DNA of 64,000 bases from positions 1 to 64,000 of the forward strand of contig DF237116.1 of assembly GCA_000708835.1 (NCBI GenBank), read 5' to 3'. Origin of the DNA: Klebsormidium nitens (Eukaryota; Plantae; Klebsormidiophyceae). The position numbers and the translations under genes are program-made. The notes under the pieces were generated by a model. It was given only the letters and a program-made list of their open reading frames with translations, was not told where the DNA came from and made no database searches. This document shows positions 58,964-64,000 of this stretch, piece after piece. Within the stretch, counting starts at the first letter, position 1; each line of letters begins with the position of its first letter.

Positions 58964-61192
58964 CTTCTCGTGAGTCGTCACATGTCATATCCGCGGGCGT
59001 TCAACGAAATTCCATCGACGGTTTTTATTGTTCCTAGGGTGACGTCTTCCGGATTTGAGTCCGTTGATAAATCACTTGCGCGTGTCCGATCGACGGTTGG
59101 TTGTCGGATGAGCTCAGCGGACCCGCGTCGGAAAGACGGTTAAACTCGACACAGACTACACAGGCTATTAACAGCTTGGTAGTGCAAACTTGTTCTAACG
59201 TTCGGACACGCATGAGAGCAGGAGCCTATGAGATGACAAAATCGTTGAGGATTGAAAATACATCCGAGCCATCAGTGTGATGAAATTTTGTCCTGTCTCT
59301 CGTTTTAGAGGTACGAGAAAACCCTTAGTCCGCATTCTGACCCCTGACAACTTCAATTAAATCCGGCCACTAGTAATCAAGTTAGCATGATAGCATGATT
59401 GCATGCAATGGGAGCATGTGGAGACAATGGTTGACGTATACTAGGTACTGAACGAGTTCCCCGCACTGAGGAACTAAGAGATGATGATCGACGATCTGAG
59501 CCATTGACTAATTCGGACTTTGCAACGTAGTGGAATCGAAGGAAGGCTAAGAATATAAGGATGCTACTACCGTAGCTAGGTAAGCAGGCTGGATGGCTTT
59601 TTCGGTCTTGGCCGTCCACGGCTTCAAGTTCATCGTCAAGGCTATATATAAATTCCTTCAAAGCTACTCTTCCATGCATTTTGTCCACTTTTCGGTCATC
59701 CGTTTTCTGGCCCTAGATTAACCGGGATCTGGCATCGGCAAGCTAGTGCGACGTTTCGGGGCCAATAATCTGGCATTTGGCCCAAACATTTATGGGAACA
59801 TAACAATGATCTCGAAGTTTTCAATTTTCCAAAAGATCGATATGATGGAAGAGGTTGGTATCCAAACTCACATCCTTGCATGGTAAACAGCTAGCTAGGT
59901 TTTTTATGTTCAATATGAGTGCCTTGATGTGTGGAACATGGCATTCTCAGACTCTGGAATTGAAACTTTGACTCATTTACGGCTTGAGATTCAAATACCC
60001 GAACCCCCGGGAATGCCACGCTGCCCGGGCCAGATCATTTTAGTTCGGCAATAACCGTAGAACTTGAATGGTTGAATCTAGCTGCAGCACAAGCTCATGG
60101 CCTGGCGGCACCTTGGCAAATGCTCTCAAACAAGATATTTTTTGAATCCGGCCAGCAAACTCGATCAGCCGAGCTCGACAACCAGTAAAGAAGTCAAAAC
60201 TGTTTATCGTCACTACGTTCATAAGATTAGTACCTTAGCAAGCTAGTTTGTGCGCGTGCTCGCAGAAAAGATAAATCTGGCTAAGCTTCACATTGTCTGA
60301 GTATACTTGAACGTAATTCCTTCTGAGTCAACTCCATAACAATAAACATAAATTGCTCATGTCTGTTGCACACAGTTTTTCCCGAACCCGGCCAGCCATG
60401 CGCGCGCGCAGGCGTGCCTAAGGCCCATGGCCGTGCCCTAAAATGTCTACGACAAAGACGCAGCGTGTAGAAAAACTAGCCTAAGCGGGCGCGAAGCAAC
60501 AATTAATCCCCCGTTCCTTGTCGATGTGGCTGCACATCTGACATCATCACGTACCGTCGTGACAAGCCGCTGCAGAAAGAACTTTCTCCGCTGCGCTACT
60601 CGTCAAACCTAGTTACAAAATTGGACATGCACGTGGAGCCACGCGAACAGTAAACAATTGGCGCATGTTAGCACCTGTCCCGCGCCTTCCGGTGATGACG
60701 AGTTCCGCGGTCATTCCGGCGCACCATGCAAGGTTCGCTTTGACGGATAGATTCCGGCGGCTGGCTGGCCCCCATGTCAATGACTGAGCACGAAGTCGAT
60801 TGCGCTGATGTAACCCGGGTTCAAGTGGTCGGTTATCTGCACGGGAAGAAACGACGCCGACATGAGAGCCACTTGAAGACATCACAGGAAAGTGACGTAA
60901 GGATCAAGCGGTCAACGAAAGCTCCTCTCAACCGTTTGCAATTGTTGGATATCGCAAACAGGAGTCTTTGGTAGGACGCTCCACGTCGGCGCAAAATGAA
61001 CCGAAGGAAGCCCGCACTAACGTCAGACGAGGCGACAGCTTGAGATGGGTCTGTAATCTAGCCGATTTGATTTTAACATATCATTCCCGCCCCGCGCCCC
61101 CGGCTGTTCAAATTGCCTCGGGATCCGATGAGAGAGTACCCCTTGCGCTTACAACATGTCTTGATGTCCTTAAGAAGCAGTGTCTCAACGAT

Positions 61193-61340
61193 ATGTCATA
61201 TCAAAGGGCTATGTATTAGAAGGCTCATTGCCTGGGACGGGTGGGTTAGTTTGGGGGTTTAGGATGGGTGAGATTTTTCATAGGACAGGGTTCGAAGTGT
61301 TGAGGAGTTCCTTTACAATACATGGCTCTTCGAGAGTCAT
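61193..61340 (+). mobile_element. Fold-back element copy with a shortened core and a third arm sequence
   Basis: gcctgggacgggtgggttagtttggggg matches the 34135 core; degenerate arms atgtcatatcaaagggctatgtattagaaggctc and gagttcctttacaatacatggctcttcgagagtcat. Confidence 0.6.
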
Positions 61341-61468
61341 CTTTCTACCCAGAGAAGCACTACGGCCTTCCAACTTCAACGACCGAAGGCGACATAAAGA
61401 CGGGAGGCTAGGAATTAGCTAGGAGGAAGTAGTCGGTAATCCGACGGTGCAAGATGAGGGCGACTCAC

Positions 61469-63445
61469 GCTGCCCGTGTAGTATAGTGGGCGGTCGCCGC
61501 TCTTTGCTTGGACGTATCCGGTTATGCTGTCCCGGGCGAAGAAGATCGTCCCGTTGGCTAGACAGGTTTGCAAATACCTGCGGGCAATGTTGACTTGGAG
61601 AATGACTGTCCGGACATGGCAAATGGGTTGAGAATTCACTCCGCATTGCCCTTTTACTTGTGAAAGAAGGAGGGGTTGCGTAGGCTTTGCAGATACCTGC
61701 GGGCAGATTTGACTCAGGGCTGTCCAGACATGGAAACTGGTCCTGCACTCATTTCGCATACCCCTTTCACTTTTAAAGAAAAAGAGCTGGCTAGCTTTCC
61801 AACAAAGACGTCAGGAATGGTAGAAGCTCATCAGATCAACGATTAGGCCAGAGGGGGCGTAATTACACCTCAAAGTTTAACGAACTAAAAACACCAAACA
61901 GAATATAAACCAGGGTTTCAGCCGATCACCCCTGCGCTCGGTGGGTACCGACGGTACCGTTTCCTGCTGATCTACCAACCGGAACCTTCTCCCCCATCTC
62001 TTAACCCTGTGTTCTTGACCATCTTTTCCACTCTATCCCGACCCCAGTCAATAGCAGGGAGCCTCTTCCAACTTTCTTTCGAACCCACTTTGCTCAATAC
62101 GAGGAGAAAGCTGTTTGTAAGGTTAATAACCATGTAAGAACCATGGTTAAGAATCAATGTCAAATATCGGGGTTAAGCATGAGGGTTTCAACTAACCCAA
62201 TTGAAGCTCCGTGAGGATTGACAGTACCGCGTCCTGGTTATTTAACATCCGGTATCTCCCCCATTTCGTAACTCCGATCTGACCCCCTTTTCCAGACACT
62301 TTTTCGAGTCAATTCCGTAACATATAAAAGCCTGTTTGCAAGGTTAAGAATCAGGTTTCAGCTCACCCTTGAAGCGCGGTGGGGATTGACGGTACCACGT
62401 CCTGGTTGTTTACCATCCGGTACCTTCGCCCAAGCGCGATCCGGCCGTCGAAGAAGCCGACGAAGGCCGGGTTGCCGACACGTGGCGCGCCCGCGTTGAT
62501 CATGCTGACGTCAGCCTGCGCGCGCGCGCGGACGGAGCAGGTGTTTGACAAAATGCTTTTTCAATGACCACCAAAACCTGGTTTGAGAAGACATCCAAGA
62601 CAACACCATATCCTAGCCTTGCTTACACGACTTTGACAAGGAGCCTTTGCCATGCTCAGTCTAGGAGACTCAACGAAAAACTTCGAACCGAGCGGCAGCG
62701 AACGCTTGCGTAGTGACTTCTCTTATAGATACTGCTCCCCCAGACTGAGAATACGATATACCACCAGACGCAGTGCTTTCGAGTGGTTAAGCTTTCTTAT
62801 TTTGAAAACATAGGAATCTAGAAAGGACCGAAGACGATAAGCGTGAATGAGCGCAATACCTGTGGGAACTGCTCGCCGGCCCAGATGGCTCCTAACGTCG
62901 CCAGCGCGCCTCCCAAACTGTGACCCGCATTGAAAACCCTGAAGAAGCCACGCGCGCATTTGTGAGAAGGAATTCAGTCTGGCACCATTGATGCTGACGC
63001 ACTTCGACTGTCCGAGTCAGCATGACGACAATCTCGAGCAATGTCTTACACGAGAGGAGTCGAGTCAGGTACGGCAGTTGGACGGTATAGAACGTAGTCA
63101 TCTGAGGTGGAGCTCGCTCAAACTCGAGGTAAATCAGGGTGGATGAAGTGTCAGACTCTTCTCGACTAGTGCAAGCAGCTTTGCTAATCTGCTCCAAGGC
63201 TCCTATTGAGATAGACTCCAGCTTTGTCAACCTGTCGTGAAGTATAAAATTCTTGAACCTTATCAAAATCTATGCAACATTTACACACAGAAAAAGGGCC
63301 CAGCTTACTTTGTGACGCTCTCCAAAGTGGCGTTCGAACCGTGAGCCGCCTGGTACGTGGCGACCATGGACGCGCAGATGTCGGTGGCGGGGTCGCCGCT
63401 CCCACCGGTGACTGCGGAAAACGCGGCTAAGAAACCGGCATGGAC
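61469..63445 (-). CDS. Class-3 (fungal-type/PLA1-like) lipase, partial model
   Basis: Phase-consistent exons 63445-63309 (VHAGF), 62938-62860 (AGHSLGGALATL), 62515-62367 (GAPRVGNPAF...RMVNNQDVVPSIP). Probable further exons 61742-61697 and 61557-61469, with the phase link unresolved. Start and stop not located. Confidence 0.82.
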
Positions 63446-63511
63446 CTGCATACACACAAGAAGCCAGTGATGATTTTTCCTAAATAGTACAGACTTGTAT
63501 ACTGGTAACTC

Positions 63512-63688
63512 CATTTCAATTAAAAAGCAATTCGCTTAAGATTTTAAGTCCACCGGGTAGTTAAATCAAAACCCTAACCTTAAGATTCACGCGCTCCGCA
63601 CCCGAACCCACCCAAACAACCGTACTAACCCTACCCTAGCCGCCCCTTCTGGGCGCCTATGTTGAGCAGAATGCGTCTAAGTGAGATG
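63512..63688 (-). mobile_element. Fold-back element copy with a fourth arm sequence
   Basis: aaaaccctaacc...gctccgcacccgaacccaccc...actaaccctaccc matches the reverse complement of the 34135 core; degenerate arms catttcaattaaaaagcaattcgcttaagat and atgttgagcagaatgcgtctaagtgagatg. Confidence 0.6.
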
Positions 63689-64000
63689 CGAGTTATCAGA
63701 ATCCGACTCGTAAGAAAGAGCTATGAGTACTTGCGGACTTTCCAGTCTATGTCAGAGCAGACGCGTTCCGATTGTAAGTGCCTACAAAGGCCATGAAAGC
63801 ATTCCGTTGCCAAGGTTTCTCGTTGAATCAAAATGATGCAACCGCAAAAGATGCTGGTGGCAGACAAAGTTAGGAACATCCGAAACCTCAAGCGAGTGCA
63901 AATTCTCGTCAAACCCAGTTGCCTCATGCATTTACTTTGACAGACGGTCCGCTATCCCAATGCTTTAATCGGTTGATCGGACGTCGAGTGTGCGCTCAAA

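Noticed and set aside
59720-60040. Possible TIR pair gatctggc / gccagatc
   Set aside because: Only 8 bp perfect and no TSD.

Overview
64 kb of gene-dense, intron-rich eukaryotic nuclear DNA, most likely a streptophyte green alga. Klebsormidium-like is an inference from the plant-type genes, GTGAG/GTAAG donors and interstitial TTTTAGGG repeats. I rebuilt spliced models by hand with exon-phase checks: a divergent Tubby-domain gene (+, one exon unresolved), a secreted amicyanin-type cupredoxin (-), a secreted YHYH-domain protein (+), soluble pyrophosphatase (-) head-to-head with ISCA (+), a root-cap/LEA-related protein (+), POR (+), a small Cys-rich ORF (-) and part of a class-3 lipase (-). Two non-coding patterns stand out. 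(1) Introns of six genes carry decayed tandem 'echoes' of the adjacent exon end plus its splice site, and around POR exon 6 these decay with distance from the exon. (2) A dispersed ~150-200 bp fold-back element family shares a G-rich, telomere-like core, but each copy has its own unrelated inverted-repeat arms. A hAT-type MITE (8-bp TSD) and a TA-flanked MITE are also present. No tRNA, rRNA or CRISPR array is supported. All alignments were done by eye and no database search was run.
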